A DNA stretch of 64,000 bases from Sphyrna mokarran (taxonomy: Eukaryota): NCBI GenBank assembly GCA_024679065.1, contig JAGIQG010000005.1, positions 107,136,001 to 107,200,000 on the forward strand, given 5' to 3'. The translations under genes and the position numbers were made by a program. This document shows, one piece after another, positions 1-13,619 of this stretch (its first letter is position 1; each line of letters begins with the position of its first letter). The notes beneath the pieces are model-generated. The model did not search any database. It saw only the letters and a program-made list of their open reading frames with translations, and was not told where the DNA came from.

Positions 1-305
1 ACATGAGGACAACTTCAACTGTGATTTTGGGTTCATGTCACACTATCTGTATCCCCCACAACTTGCCTGAGTTCACAAAATCTCACTAACTGTCCTATCT
101 GGAGACAGTACACATTTCTTTAACCTGTGCTTCACGCTCTGTCTAGTCACATTGTCTTTAAGACTTGATTACCTGTAAAGACTCACATTCTAACCATTAT
201 TTTGCAAATTGTGTTTGTGAATATGCCCTGTTTGTGAACAGAACTCCCATTTACCTGACGAAGGAGCAGCATTCCAAAGGCTAGCAGCTTTTGCTACCAC
301 ATAAA
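1..305 (+). mobile_element. Penelope-like element (PLE) 3' fragment / pseudo-LTR
   Basis: Aligns by eye with 45050-45370 (end of GIY-YIG ORF 'HEDxxNxxxxFMSHYL' plus pLTR); carries decayed hammerhead motif CTGACGA at 255-261. Confidence 0.75.
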
Positions 306-659
306 AGTGCTGGATGTTGTGAGCGTTTTTGCTGCATATGAACCCGTTGCTAGAGGGTTGCAGCTTGAGAGGTGCCACTCCACATCAAACATGGCTGACT
401 GGGAGTCTCTCCTGTTTTTTAACTCCTGACAATGGCATGTTGAAGGGTTGGCAGCATAATGAGCACAACTTCATTGAACTTTATGTCCTTGGGTGGGGCG
501 TGAACCCAGAGCTTCTGGCACAGAGGCAGGAACACTACCAGTGTGCCTCAAGACCCCCGTGCTTTGTCAGAAAAATTTTTATGTTGCAGGTAAGTACTAA
601 ATTTGTCCAATTTAACACTGGCAGCCGCTCTGATTGACTCCACATCCAAGCCCTGGATT

Positions 660-1000
660 ACATTCCCATTTCTAGCTGCCTGTTTAGAGTGAACCTGACT
701 CTCCACAGCCCGCGTGATCCTGAACTTACTTTTAATATTGACATTTTAACTCTCTTCAAAACTGCCTCCTTCCATTCTGTTCTCACCTCTTCTTGTTGAA
801 GCCTTCATTTGCACCTTTGTCATCTCTGGCCCAAACCACATCAATGATTTCCTTGGGTTCCATCTTGAATAAAATGCAAAATTTTGCTGCTGACACTGAG
901 CATTAAGATTTCACCCACCCTCTTCCAGCCAACCTCCCCTTAAAATCCGTGTCTTTGTTGATTCCTTAATCACCTCCAGCTCTGTATGTCAGCTTGTGCC
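660..1000 (+). mobile_element. Highly degenerate L2-like LINE fragment
   Basis: Pyrimidine-rich L2-like segments (AAAACTGCCTCCTTCCAT, CATTTGCACCTTTGTCATCTCT, CAAAATTTTGCTGC) resembling the L2 piece at 14200-14400. Confidence 0.4.
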
Positions 1001-1101
1001 TTCCACTCCTCTTTGGCTTCCTTTGCAACTTGCCTCTCTCCACTTTATCTTCTGTTTCAGAGCCTTCATCTGCTGATAGATAGTCCTTGGTATGCATCTG
1101 A

Positions 1102-1272
<171 letters not shown>

Positions 1273-1829
1273 TGAAAATCTTTTTTTTTTTGCTTGACAG
1301 TTGCAAAATGTAGAAAAAACAAAAAAACGTACACATCAGAAGCAGCCTTTCTTGGTACAATCAGCCTAATATTAATTGCAATGGAGTGTCGTCAAAATGG
1401 ATGGCTCGAACCATTGATGAGGAATGTCACCCTTTGAGGAATAAAGGATGTCAAATGTATGCAATGAACAGAATGATATTGTCATTCCTTTTCAGCATGC
1501 ATTTAGAGATTGACCGACCAGATATTTTGAACTAATCAAATTAGGGAGACCGAAAAAAAAACTAGTTTTAATTGGAATAAGATCTTTGAGGAACAACAAT
1601 ATTCATAGTCATTTTCATTATTTGCTCCACTTTGCATGCACACAATGAATAGCTGGTATGAGGAAGAGTGACCGAACTTGCTCAAAAATGGATCGACTTA
1701 ATTCTCAGTGCATTTGGGATGAATTTAACAAGCCTCTTTTTCCAGGGTGGGTAGTAAATGCAATCAATTGGCAGTCAGTTCTTCCTATTTGGCAGCAGGA
1801 AAATGCAACAAGGATTGACCTTGTGGCAT

Positions 1830-2167
1830 GGGCAGCATGGGAGCACTGTGGTCAGCACTGCTGCTTCACAGCTCCAGGATCCTGGGTTCAATTCCCAGCT
1901 TGGGTCACTGTCTATGTAGAGTTTGTACATTCTCCTAGTGTCTGCATGGGTTTCCTCCGGGTGCTTCGGTTTTCTCCCACAGTCCAACGATGTGCGGGTT
2001 AGGTTGATTGGCCATGCTAAGATATTGTCCCTTAGTGTCCAGGGATGCGTAGGTTAGAGGGATTAGTGGGTATTATATGTAGGGAAATGGGTTAAGGCCT
2101 GGGTGGGATTGTGTTTGGTGCAGACTCAAAGGGCCTCTTTTTGCACTGTAGAGTTCTATGATCTATG
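1830..2167 (+). mobile_element. tRNA-derived V-SINE (shark HE1-like)
   Basis: tRNA-like head (A box GGCAGCATGG..TGTGGTCAGC, B box GGTTCAATTCC), V-core TGTCTATGTAGAGTTTGTACATTCTCC..GGGTTTCCTCCGGGTGCT, CR1-type TTCTATG tail. Confidence 0.85.
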
Positions 2168-2959
2168 ACAGCTCTACATCAGTCCCAGGAGTTTTGCCAC
2201 TAGATTAGCTGCAAAATGTCATTGGGCACCCATTTGTAATAAACTGCTTATTTCACCATCAAGATAGGTGCCGAGAATCAATAAGATTAAAGTATATGAA
2301 AACTTTTAGATTAAAATGAAAACTTGCATAGATGGTGTTCGTATAAGAAGAGTTAAAATAAGAGTAAAATTAAAATCAAAAATAGCATACACAAAATAGG
2401 AGTAAAATTAGGATTTTAGGGTAAGCTCATGTGTTTTCAGCTTGTGTCTATTTTCATAAATTACTTGACATTAATGTAGCAAATCTAAATGCTAACAAAG
2501 CATTATTGCTGGAATATTGAATTACTGGAGCCACAACAAGGTGGAAATTTACCAAATAGGTCAAGGAGACAGTTGTATTTCCTGGACCTGCCAGCAATCT
2601 TGGAGTTTGCACAAATGTGAAACAATATGATTTTATTCACAGCACCTAGTGAATAATTATTGTATCTTTACATTGCTGGCTACGACTGTCTCCTGGCTAG
2701 TTTCCCCAAAATGTATAGTTGTCCCCTTTTTACTCTTTTTGAAGGAAAGATATTTTGTAAAGATACTTGATAAATTAATCGCAATGGATTTTTACTAATC
2801 TTAAAAGTAGATCCCACTGGAGCCTCCTTCTGCAAGAGTTGAATCTGGAACATAATGAATAACTTAACTCGATGCTGTAACCTACCTCATGTTTTCTTTC
2901 CACTGTACAATATTGTACTGTTCATAACTTATGTTAGTGAAAATCCTATTCCTCCCATC

Positions 2960-3372
2960 CCAATTTTCTGCTTTTCTTTTCTATCCTCTCCTGAGGGCGG
3001 TGACTCATGCTGGGGTACGCTTCCATAGGCGTCGGCAGCCTTCTAATACCTTGCCCAAGTGGCCATTCTTCATGTGTGAGGCTAGACGGTGAGTGCTGGC
3101 AGATTATTCAACCATGGGGGGCATCACAGAAGAGCCCAAAACTTCCTCGCCCGACTTCCACAAATGTGCACCCTATCGGGAGGAACGTCGCTGGATGGCA
3201 ATCAGGAGGGGCACTCTTATCTGATTGTTCTTCCTTTCTCTCTCTCCTTTGCCCAGGAATACTGAGGCAAACTGTGGCTCCCCCATTGTCAGCCATGCTG
3301 AGACCAGCTGACTCAGCACAGACCATAGATCATTCCTGTCTGATAGCAGCCCATTTATTACTGAGCTAAGGG
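2960..3372 (-). mobile_element. LF-SINE-family element, near full length, in last CSMD1 intron
   Basis: Reverse complement contains LF-SINE hallmarks GGTCTGTGCTGAGTCAGCTGGTCTCAGC, GCCTCAGTATTCCTGGGC, CTCCTGATTGCCATCCAG, CACACATGAAGAATGGCCACTTGGGCAAGGTA, CGTACCCCAGCATGAGTCA; recognised from recalled consensus. Confidence 0.8.
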
Positions 3373-3897
3373 AGGAGCTTGGCAAACATTTTGTTTATTT
3401 CATGTACCTTTTGGCAACTATCCTCTAATCTAAGTCATGGCTGTTTGAACGTATGCATTTTTTCAACGAATGTCTAAAGTTTGTTGCTTTAGTGATGTTA
3501 GTAGCATTTAATTATGATTAGATGTGTGTCAGGAACATTTAAATAAAAATATTTTCCAAAGGAAAGCATTCATATGTTGATTAACTTTAACATTTTGACA
3601 AGTGGTACTGATGGGAGAATACATTCTGGTTGCCAGTGTGATTCTAAACAGAAATGGATAGATTTTGCAGCATTGGGTTTAAGATGATTTAGTAATGGTT
3701 CAAGATTTGGTCAATATATCAAAGATTCTGCTCGGTAGAGTGGTGATCTTGCAGAACTAGGTAACCAATCTTTTGAGCGTTATTTTGGAGCTACCTTTGT
3801 TAATTGGCAGCTCCTTCCTATGTTGAGCTATTCTTTGCTACTTGCGGAACTTAGTTAACAAAACCACTGACGTTATTTCTGTTTCTTTTCATTCTAG

Positions 3898-4057
3898 ATC
3901 AAGACCAAAAGTACAATACAATGGCTATGTTGGCCATGAGAACACAAATGGACAGGCTTCATTTGAAAATCCTATGTATGATACTAACTTAAAGCCCACT
4001 GAGGCAAAGGCTGTGCGATTTGACACAACACTGAACACTGTGTGTACAGTAGTATAG
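3898..4057 (+). CDS. CSMD1: CSMD1 terminal coding exon (cytoplasmic tail)
   Basis: Acceptor ttcttttcattctAG (3896-3897); (R)[55 protein letters not shown], which fits the CSMD1 rather than the CSMD2/3 C-terminus. Confidence 0.95.
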
Positions 4058-4636
4058 CCCTCACTTTGACTGCTGACTAACTGATATTAGCCATACCTCT
4101 ACCTGGCAAGCAGTAACTCCTTTGGTGCCATATACCACATCGCTCTGTCCCACTGCTTGCTTCGCAGTGATACTCTTCTTGACAACTTCTGTTCGGACAA
4201 ACACAGTCAACGGAGTTTTTGCTGGGTCAATATCCTCAAACAACAAGTCAAAGCAATTCCTTCTAGACTTCTAACACAAGAAGAACCAAAACCAATCACG
4301 GATGGGTTTGAATCTTTCTGCTCTGGATGCAAAAGGCAGATTTTTCTTCTTTTTTGAGTTATGTATTCTTCCAAGAAGAGGTAAAATGGACAGAAGAAAA
4401 AGGACAAAAGCTGTTTCACTGCTGACACTAACAGACTTTACACATACTTATAATTTACAGCTGTCTACACCACAGCGTAAGGTCACTGTCCTAAAACAGG
4501 GCAGGCAGCTTGGGAATTGTTTTCATCTCTTGTCATATGGCAAATCTACTGCACAATTCTTTGCACTAGTGTGTTATGAATGAATGAGTAGGATATTGGC
4601 ATCAAATAGGGTACAGGGTTTCTACACACTGACCAT

Positions 4637-4644
4637 TGTACATA
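4637..4644 (+). promoter_or_regulatory. Pumilio response element TGTACATA in 3' UTR
   Basis: Exact UGUANAUA match. Confidence 0.4.
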
Positions 4645-5107
4645 TAAAAAAAAAACTTGCTTTAAGACTTCAGTTTCCATTGCTGAACATCACATAATCT
4701 TCTCAACGCTAACAATAAGGTACAAGAATGCTGCAGTATTTTCTTTCAGGCTTGCATTCCTATAGAGTTGGTTTCCACTGATGTCAGGCTTGTGAGAGCG
4801 AAAGGTTCCTGAGGGTTTTTTATAGTTCCTTTAAGAAACATCAATTGGATATCATTATTTGAATTAAAAGCCAAAAAGAATGGAACGAGCTGAATTTTTA
4901 ACACAATACTATATTTCAGAACAGTTTTCTGAATCTCCACAGGCTGTAGTTCAGAAGTATTATCATAGAGATCTTAGTCTGTCAGAGAGCTTATATAAAC
5001 ACTGCCTTTTGTAAATTATATTTAGTAAAAAAAAATTAACTTATTTATTTTCCCAAGAAGAATGTAAGAAAAATTGTTGCACCATTTTATGATCTCTTTT
5101 TTGTTTA

Positions 5108-5113
5108 AATAAA
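5108..5113 (+). promoter_or_regulatory. Candidate proximal polyadenylation signal
   Basis: AATAAA with U-rich upstream and GTTGTTGTG downstream. Confidence 0.4.
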
Positions 5114-7709
5114 AGTCAAATGTTACAGTTGTTGTGATAGGGGAGGTGAGGAGTCCTTCGTGGGTTTGGTACATGGCAATTTTATCAAGGGGCCACTGAA
5201 CCTTGTTTCAAACCTTGTGAACTGCTGTGCTTACCCATGAGTAGAGATGCTGGCATTGGACTGAGGTGTGCTGGACAGGGTATCAGAGTGAAGTATCCCA
5301 CAGTCCTAAACTTAGAAATGGGGTGGGGTCATGCATGTTAGAAGAATAAGGCAGAGAATGAAAGTCAGTCCTCGTACTTGACAGCAACATTTGACAGAAA
5401 CATGGCCACATAAAGGACATTCACTGACCGATTTTGTTCTCACTTTCCAAAGACAACCATCAAACTGTGAGGTTCACAGAGAGAAATAAAATGGGTTTAA
5501 CAAAGTATATAAGTGTTTTTGGGTGAAATGTATGCATTGGGCTGAGGAAAGGAGAATGAAGATTCTTTTGTTTATGAGTGATGTTTTATTCATTCTAAAG
5601 AGTGCCTTCACTTGTGACCTCTATATCTCATAGCTTTACCCAAAACCAGTTGGAACTGTACAAAAAAATTATAGAAAACTGTTGTGATTTCCTTAATATA
5701 TCTGACACACAGCCTAACAGGGTAAATGGTCTCATTCACAGCTACAGCATAGAAAAAACTATCTCGCAAAAATTCACCTCGTACAGTCAGCAACAACTTC
5801 AAGTTTTCTGAATAGATTCTGCCTAACTGCAAACCAACAAACGAATGGAGCAGTGGGTAATGCAAGATCTTTGGTTTAAAAGCTGAGGGATTACTGTTGG
5901 TGATGTGTTGATTTATTAGGTTAACATAGCTAAAGTAGCAAACAGTGGAAGGTCATTTTGTTTCTACCTATTTTCCATCCCAATTTATAATGGAAGGTGA
6001 GAAAAATCCTCATGGAAATTTTACCCTGTTAAATCTTTTTGCATTGCTATCATCAACACTCATTTCTAGATAATAGTCCCCACCTACTCTTGTTTATTCT
6101 TATCGACGTCTCAGCTTCGATTGGCCATCCTGATGTTGGTAAGTGAATAATGTTACTGGGAGAGGTTAGAAAAAGAATCTATTATTATGATGGGAGAGAA
6201 GATGTCATCTTATAAAAATAAAAATGTTTTGTTCCTGGTGAAAAGCTTGTCGGAAATATCCAAAATGATGAGCAGAGCTTCCTCCATTTTTCTTCTTGTT
6301 TTAAATTCTGTGGTGAAGATGCACCATGGCCCCAATAATGAATTAAATAGATCTTATCACTTTTTAATGATTACATTTAATTTAAAACTGTGTATTGTTC
6401 AGCAATTATTAACTGAACCGGGGCAGATGTAAAGGATACAATAGTTCGGGAGACTCTGTATGCCTTTTATTATGAAAGTTTCGTAAATTTAGTTCTGAAA
6501 CAGTGGTTACATTAATTTTGAGCAACCTCCTTGTTTAGATTCTCTGTGATAGCACAGTAATGCATGCATAGACTTCATCACATTCTCATGCATGCACAAT
6601 CCTGAACAAAAAATACTCAATTTTCCATAAAACAAAGATTCTTCCTTCAAGAAGAATCTTTTTGGAGGAGGAAAAGAATACAAGTTCAAATGACAAAGTA
6701 CAGAGATTCCAGGTTGAACATGATATGAAAACTCAATCACGGACCTTAAATGATTAAACACCCAGAAGTATTTACTTACCTTTTCCCTTTTCCCTATCAC
6801 ACCCCACAGACCTTTGCTGCAAATCAACCTACTCTGTTTTTCAGTAATACTGTGCTTAACAAAGAAAAGGAGCATTATCAATCAGATTGAAATTTTAGAT
6901 TCCCTTTTATACACTTAATAAGGATCAGCTTGATATATATCACAAAGCAGGCTGATAAAGAAGAGAATAAAGGGCTCAATTTATACACTGAGTAAATCAT
7001 GTCCTTGTGAAAGTCTGCAATCCAAACTGCTTATTGGCATAGATGTGGACTGTCTCGGAGCTTCACACTATTGGCAAAATGGATGTGTTGATTCGCTTTA
7101 TGGAAATACACAACCTGCTCTTTGAACTGTAGAACAGGACCTGACAGAAACAGCAGAGGAAAGTTCACCTTTCTTGGGACAATATCCCATCAAGAGACAA
7201 TGTGAGTAGGTATAATGTGGCATGTAAGCTCAAAAAATCAGCTTAGTAAAATTAGGATTTTAGTTGTTCATAAGAAAGCCATCTCAAGCTATCAAAGACT
7301 GCAGTGGGCAAAGCAGGTTTGCTTTAAACAATGGGGAATAGCAGATTCCCAGTCTTTGTGTATGAATTCTACTTTGTAAATCATCAAAGAACTATCCTGA
7401 ACACAAACACTACATTGTACCATGATTATCCACCAATGCCATTCTCATAAAAATGTGTTGTCCAACATACGTTTAGAACTTGAATTGGATTATGTTGGGC
7501 TCAAAAATATGTTAGAATATGCACATTTGACAATGCAGGCTTTTCCACTGTACCAACTGAAAAATAACTACTATCTGCTACTGGGGTTACATGTCATGGT
7601 TTCAATTAAAAGAAGAAGCACTTTCGAAAATGATGCCTCCTAATCAAAAGGATAAAAAAAATGCATAGAATTCTGACAGATAAGCAGTGAACATGTATTG
7701 GACAGTCCT

Positions 7710-7945
7710 TTATATATTGCATCCCTAATTGCCCTTGAGGAGCTGCCTTGTTGAATCTTTGCAGTCTGTGTAGTGCTCACAATGCTGTTAGTGAGGGAGT
7801 TCCAGCATTTTGACCCAATGGGGAGAAAAAGAGATGCGAGGTACCTTCAAGTCTGGATGGTGTGTGGTTTGGAGGGGAACTTGCAGCCAGTGGTGTTCCC
7901 AAGTAATTGTTGCCCTCCTCCTTCTGTGGGGTAGAATTTGGGTAA
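7710..7945 (-). mobile_element. 3' fragment of second non-LTR retrotransposon family
   Basis: Same sequence family as 25090-25560, 31720-32095 and 59660-60055 (GAGTTCCAG.ATTTTGACCCA..CAAGTC.GGATGGTGTGTG..GGGAACTTGCAG..GTGGTGTTCCC). Confidence 0.7.
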
Positions 7946-9161
7946 TTAAATCCTTGTAGGGCGTGGGTGCAGATTTCCCCTCCTGCCTGGGGGAGGACTC
8001 AAAGCAGGCAGGAGGGAGGGTGGGGGAGAGGGTGGTCATTGTGGTCCATTGACTTTGGGTGGAGTTTTCTGGTTTGGGGGGTGAGTACGGCCGGAAAAAT
8101 CCCATCCTTGGTGTTCTAACTTGATGTTGTTGATCTCAGTAGGTAGTGCTGGTCATGAGAGTGGGAAAGGGAGAAACTTTGACTTGTGGCATCTTTGCTT
8201 ATGGGAATTACATTTTGGAACCTTTTCCCTTCCTGTAATAATAGGAAGAGTGCACCCCAATCTCCCTCCATGAACAATGCTAGATAAGCTTGGGAATCTT
8301 CTAGGATGCTTGTGAAAACTCTGGGAATTAAAATATAATCACCAGGACACTACTGTGAGAAATCCTGTAGGAAATCATAGAAGACGTTCAAAATAACAAT
8401 TTCTTTTTCATTTTCAAATTTTTATTTGTTGATTGTAAAAGTATTGGAGATTAGGATGAAAGGCTACTTGATTGTGAGGGGCAGTGGAGATGGGAGTTCA
8501 TGTGACACAACCTACAGAAATACTTCCAACCAGTGATGGAAACTCTACTTCTAGGTAGTAAGATTAACATTCAGCTTCCTAGTTTTCTCAACTATGGAAT
8601 AGCAAAACTCAGTCTTGCATTGGAAAAAAAAAATCTTTCAAATTCTCATTGCTACCTCTGGTCTTGCTGTCTGAACAGTAGTATTCTATTATTAGTAAAC
8701 ATGAGCTCCCAGGTTGCATGATGGAAAATACTGAGAGTACAGCTTCTTTGAGTGCAATGAAGAGTTCAAATACAAGCGACTGGGGAATGATGGGGAAAAA
8801 GTCATTTTGAATATGAGCTGAAAGTACCCCAGAGAAGACTTTCTGAGACAGGACCATGTACTTCTGTGTCGTAAGCCGCTGCTTATCTTAAAAGTTTTGC
8901 CTTTATTCAGGCTGGTTGCAATAATGTTTTCTGTGTAAAATATTTTGTAAAAACAAACCAAGATGCTGTAAAAAAAATGCCTATTAATCATTTCAGCGGC
9001 ATCACATCAACCACATTATCATTATACCATTCCACTCCTCGCTGTTGACTTGAAGTAGGTGCAAAAGATCCTTTTGTACAGAGATATATTTTTAATGAAG
9101 AATTTGTAAAAGTATTAAATATGCCAAACCTTTTTCAATATTGTAGGTAAAAAGGTGTTAA

Positions 9162-9167
9162 AATAAA
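9162..9167 (+). promoter_or_regulatory. Candidate distal polyadenylation signal
   Basis: AATAAA preceded by several TGTA motifs and followed by TGTGTTTTTT. Confidence 0.55.
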
Positions 9168-10154
9168 TGTGTTTTTTACTATGTAAAAGAAATAATTTTC
9201 CCTATACTGTAAAAAGAAATCTTGTTTAAAGAGTAGCATCTATAGCCAGTTTTAAATTTTTGATTTTATTGCACATGAAAATTATCATTACAGTGGCCTG
9301 TTACAATGACCATATTCCCTTTTTAGCATTAAAATCTGTGATAGAAGATTGTATTATAGCCTGTGCAATGCTGCCCACCTTTGAAGCTAATTTAAAACTC
9401 TAATTAAATACTTCATCACAATTTTTTGTCTAGTGTGTGGAATATGTATATGTACACATATATTTGTCTAGGAAGTTCAGTGAAAAGTGAGTTGATGGCA
9501 AAAAAAATTCTGCTTATGGTGTATGACATGATTTGAATAATTTACACTAAAATCAAGAAAGGGATTGCCACTGAGTTAACTACTCCTGGAATTATCTAAC
9601 TTTTCCTGTGGCAAAAAGGAGAGATATGCCAATTGGGTCTTTCTTTTTTTTAGAATCTCAAGTATTTTTCTTTGACAGGTTTGGAGTACGTGCAAAACAC
9701 GTCAGTGCTGGGAACTCAACTGTGCCTTCACTGGATCTCCTGACACTTCCGACTACACCAGTCTGATTTGTCTTTCAATTTTCCTCAAGGTTGTTAATTT
9801 GCGTAGGATAGCCAGTTTCTTGCCAGACTTGGGGACAGACTTTGTATTTAGGTTTCTGGCAACATGTGTTAATGTGAGATGTCACAAACTCATTTCAGGT
9901 AGAGCCCTTGAAGCTCACAGTGGAATGGCACTATCCCAGCATGGAATTTGAATTCAAGCCTCAGGAGATAGGAGGATTGGACACATGACAAGCCAAACCC
10001 TCATTCAGTTAAGTCCATTGTTAATCCCAGATTTGCAGTGCTTGCAACTTTGGCAATGTTTAGATCCAAATTAAGAGATTGTAAATGTTTAACATGAAAA
10101 GTAAGCTAATTTTTCTAACACTGAAACATTGGAGTCACATTCATTAAACAGGGA

Positions 10155-10492
10155 AATGGCACAGTGGCTAGCACTGAGGCCTCACTGTGTGGGGATCTGG
10201 GTTTGATTCTGGCCTTGTGTGACTGTTTGGAGTTTGCAATTTTTTCCTGTGTCTGTGTGAACTTCCTCCAGTGTCCTGGTTTCCTCCCACAGCCCAAAGA
10301 TGCATAGGTTAAGTTGATTGGCCATGCTAAATTGCCCTGTAATGTCCAAAGATATGGGGGTTAGGTGGATGAGCCATGGTAAATTTGTGGGGTTATGGGA
10401 ATAGGGGAGTGAGGGGGTGCCTGAGTAAGATGGTAATGCAACAAAAGGCCTCTTTCTCCATCAGAGGGATCCTATGTTTTTATGATTTCCAT
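10155..10492 (+). mobile_element. V-SINE (HE1-like)
   Basis: Same head, core and tail as 1830-2167. Confidence 0.8.
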
Positions 10493-10893
10493 GGTAAATT
10501 ATAAAATATAATCCTGAACTCTTTAGTAATGTCAGGAAGCATCTGAGCAAGAACTTCATGGATATGGTATTAAGAAGAATAGAATAAAATCAAGCTGATG
10601 CTATTTTTAATGAAAACCTGACAGCCATAGAGATGTAGGAAAAGGAAATTTATAAAATTAATCATGCTCTCTCCTATTTATGTTGTTTGTTCCAGAAACA
10701 ACATAAGGTTATCGCATATAAAGTTATCAATATCTAATTAATAATACAATAGGGTACGGAGACCTGTCAAGCTCAAGTCAGTGAAGTAATATCGAGATGT
10801 TGTTACAGCAAAATCAAAACATTTTCAGACTGGATGAGATGAACAGTTTGAATAGCTTCTTTCATCAGTGTATTGTGATTTCCGTAATAATTG

Positions 10894-11752
10894 AACAAAG
10901 ATCAAAGAAAATTATAGCACAGGAACAGGCCCTTTGGCTTTCCAAACCTGCATCAATTATGCTGCCTGACTTAACTAAAACCCCCACCCCTTCCAGGGAC
11001 CATATTCCTCTATTCCCATCCTATTCATGTACTTGTCAAGACTCCCCTTAAAAGTTACAACCCTATCTGCTTCTACTACCTTCCTCAGCAACAAGCTCCA
11101 GACACTCCCCCACTCTCTGTGTAAAAGATCTGCCTCATACATTTCATTTAAACCTTGCCACTCTCACTTTAAACCTATTCCCCCTAGAAATTGACTCTTC
11201 CACCCTGGGAAAAAGTTTCTGACTACCTGCTCTGTAAATACATCTCACAATCTTGTAGATTTCTATCAGGTCTTCCCTCAACCTCCATCACTCTGGTGAG
11301 AACAAATCAAGTTTTCCAACCTCTCCTCATAGCTAATGGCCTCCATACCAGTCAACATCCTGGTAAAATTTTCTATAACCTTTCCAAAGCCCCCACATCC
11401 TTCTGGTAGTGTGACGACCAGAATTGAACACTATATTCCAAATGCAGCTTAACTGATGTTCTATAAAGCTGCAACATGACTTGCCAATTTTTAAACTCAA
11501 TAACCCAGCCAATGAAGGCAAACATGTTGTCTGCCTTTTTAACCACTTTTTTCAACTGCATTGCCACTTTCAGTGACCTGCATGCCTGTACATCCAGATT
11601 CCTTCGCCTATCAATACTCTTAAGATTTCTGCCATCTACTGTATATTTCCTTTCGGTATTTGATCTTCCAAATTGCATTACCTTACATTTGTCCAGATGA
11701 AACTCCATCTGCCATCTTTCCGCCCAAGTCTTCAACTGATCTATATCCTGCT
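10894..11752 (-). mobile_element. CR1 LINE 3' fragment
   Basis: ORF 11373-11735 WAERWQMEF..KCKVM..LEYSVQFWSSHYQKDV (CR1 RT C-terminus) plus 3' tail. Confidence 0.9.
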
Positions 11753-12699
11753 TTGTCCTGCAAGAAGAAAAAGGTTTCTAATGAAGAATTTGAGTGATTT
11801 GAACTAACTTGAACTAGGGGTAATTTTAACACTCAGCTCTACGGTAATCTGGTTTTGTGGATCATGTACCCCTATGCACAATCTTAATATCCTTTGAGAT
11901 CGATGGAAATTGAATTTAATTAACTTCCAAAATAGTGGGCACTTTACTCCACCAGATTAAAGCTCCATTGCGCCAACAAATGACTCAGTACATACCACCG
12001 ATACTGGCAAAGACTCCTAGTATTATCCACCAGAACAAACTAAATAGCATCAACATCACACAGGTATCCAGAATGGCCGGCTGCAGCTCCATATTTTTAA
12101 GGTTTAATTTTCCAACTCTGAACAGGGAATTTCAGCCACAAGAACAAATATTGAAAATGACTGTATGTATTGCACATGATTTTTTGACCAAAGTTCAAAA
12201 ATTGCTGTGATGTCACAATACTAGATGTTTCTTTCCAAATTACTTCAGAATCTTTTTGGGGAATATTAATTGGACAACTCCTAAAGAAGACCAAATACAG
12301 ACATGATGGACCAAATGGCTGCCGACAGTGCTGTACCATTTTCCAATTTTATGATCTTATATTCAAGAATCTGAACAACACAGTATATTCATATTTGACT
12401 GAACGGTTGCCATAGAGTCCATGGAACTCCCACTATCAAGGCTTTTTTTTCCCCCTCTCTGGTTTTCCTCTATGCTTTCTCCTCCATGAGACCCACCACT
12501 TAAACCTAATCCGTCTTAACTCGAGGTCGGTTAACTCCCCTTTCCATTCCCCTGAAATTGACTTTGTAAATATTTTCCTCTTCTCAGCTAGTTTGTCCCA
12601 AAGCACCATCAAACTTTATCTCCTCAAAAATTCACTGCCCTTAACACATCTATTCAGGCAGATTATCATCAGATTTCTGATGCATGTTCATTAAACAAT

Positions 12700-13300
12700 C
12701 ACAATTGACAGTCTCTGTGTCTGCACTTGTCATGAATCATTCCTTCTTCTTGACCTCCTGGCCATCTTCTATAGAAATAACTACACCATTGCCCTCCAAT
12801 GGCTCTCCCCATTTATTGATGTAATCATTGTGACCTTCTATTATTGGCCAGATGGTGTTTTCCTTGAGATTAGTTGTAAGCAGCCTAAGTTTCTATCGGC
12901 ATCTTCTGTCCAGAACATAATCAGATATGCCAGTGTGTCCAAATCAGTGATGCTGCCTTTACATGATGCAACTCTTGCCTATCAAACCCTCAGCTGGTCA
13001 GTTGATCTTCTACAATGACTTTATTTCATAGTCCCAGGGTGACAGTGTGGTTTTTTCAATTATTTATCTTTGTCCCCTTTCTTAATCTATTTGCCTTGCC
13101 TTTATAAGATTGCCCATGTTCATAGGGTCAGCTTCCATATGTATGCTAATATCACTCAGTCTATCTCCTCATCACCTGGCCTCTCCACCACCTCTGTACT
13201 ATCAGACTGCTTATCTGAAATGCAGTATTGGTTAAGCTATAATGCTCCTGTTAAACTATGCAAGACAAAAACCATGGGCTTGATTTTTTGCTGTGAGCTT
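12700..13300 (+). mobile_element. Degenerate L2 LINE RT fragment (continues ~14180-14600)
   Basis: CTTCTTGACCTC (LLDL motif), FHMYANITQS (decayed FHMYADDTQL), SDCLSEMQYWLSYN..K..KT. Confidence 0.65.
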
Positions 13301-13619
13301 GAAGCCCCCAACATTGGAATGAAAAGCCAAGTCTCAAGCCTGGACTTGCCAGCAGTGTAGCCTTCTCATTGGTCGCCTGTGAGTCTGCCAACCACTTAAA
13401 GATGACAGGTTGACTCCTGATATTTCAAGAGGGCTGGCAGCCCTAAAGACTCAGCAGCACCAGATAGGAAACCTTGGGAGCTGGGGCAGATCATTTTCAG
13501 GAAAAAAAGAAGAAAAGTCCATGAGGCCAACTGTCAGAAGGAAAATATCATCAGGGACAGACTACCTTCCATACCAGTACATCCTTTTTTGTGCCTTGGA
13601 GCTTCTGGACTCTGATGTC

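Larger units (their letters stand above)
4058..9190 (+). other. CSMD1: CSMD1 3' UTR (probable long form)
   Basis: Follows the stop codon; nearly repeat-free to ~7.7 kb; AT-rich terminal block with AATAAA at 9162-9167 followed by GT/T-rich sequence. End point is inferred. Confidence 0.6.

Noticed and set aside
571-595. Possible 19-nt CSMD1 microexon (AG..CAG|GTAAGT)
   Set aside because: The donor is strong but the length is not a multiple of three, the acceptor is weak and the peptide is not CSMD-like.
1658-2002. ORFs overlapping V-SINEs (also 22909-23212, 32406-32594, 56226-56435, 61157-61382)
   Set aside because: Recurrent translations of the SINE core (GFLRVLRFPPT), not genes.
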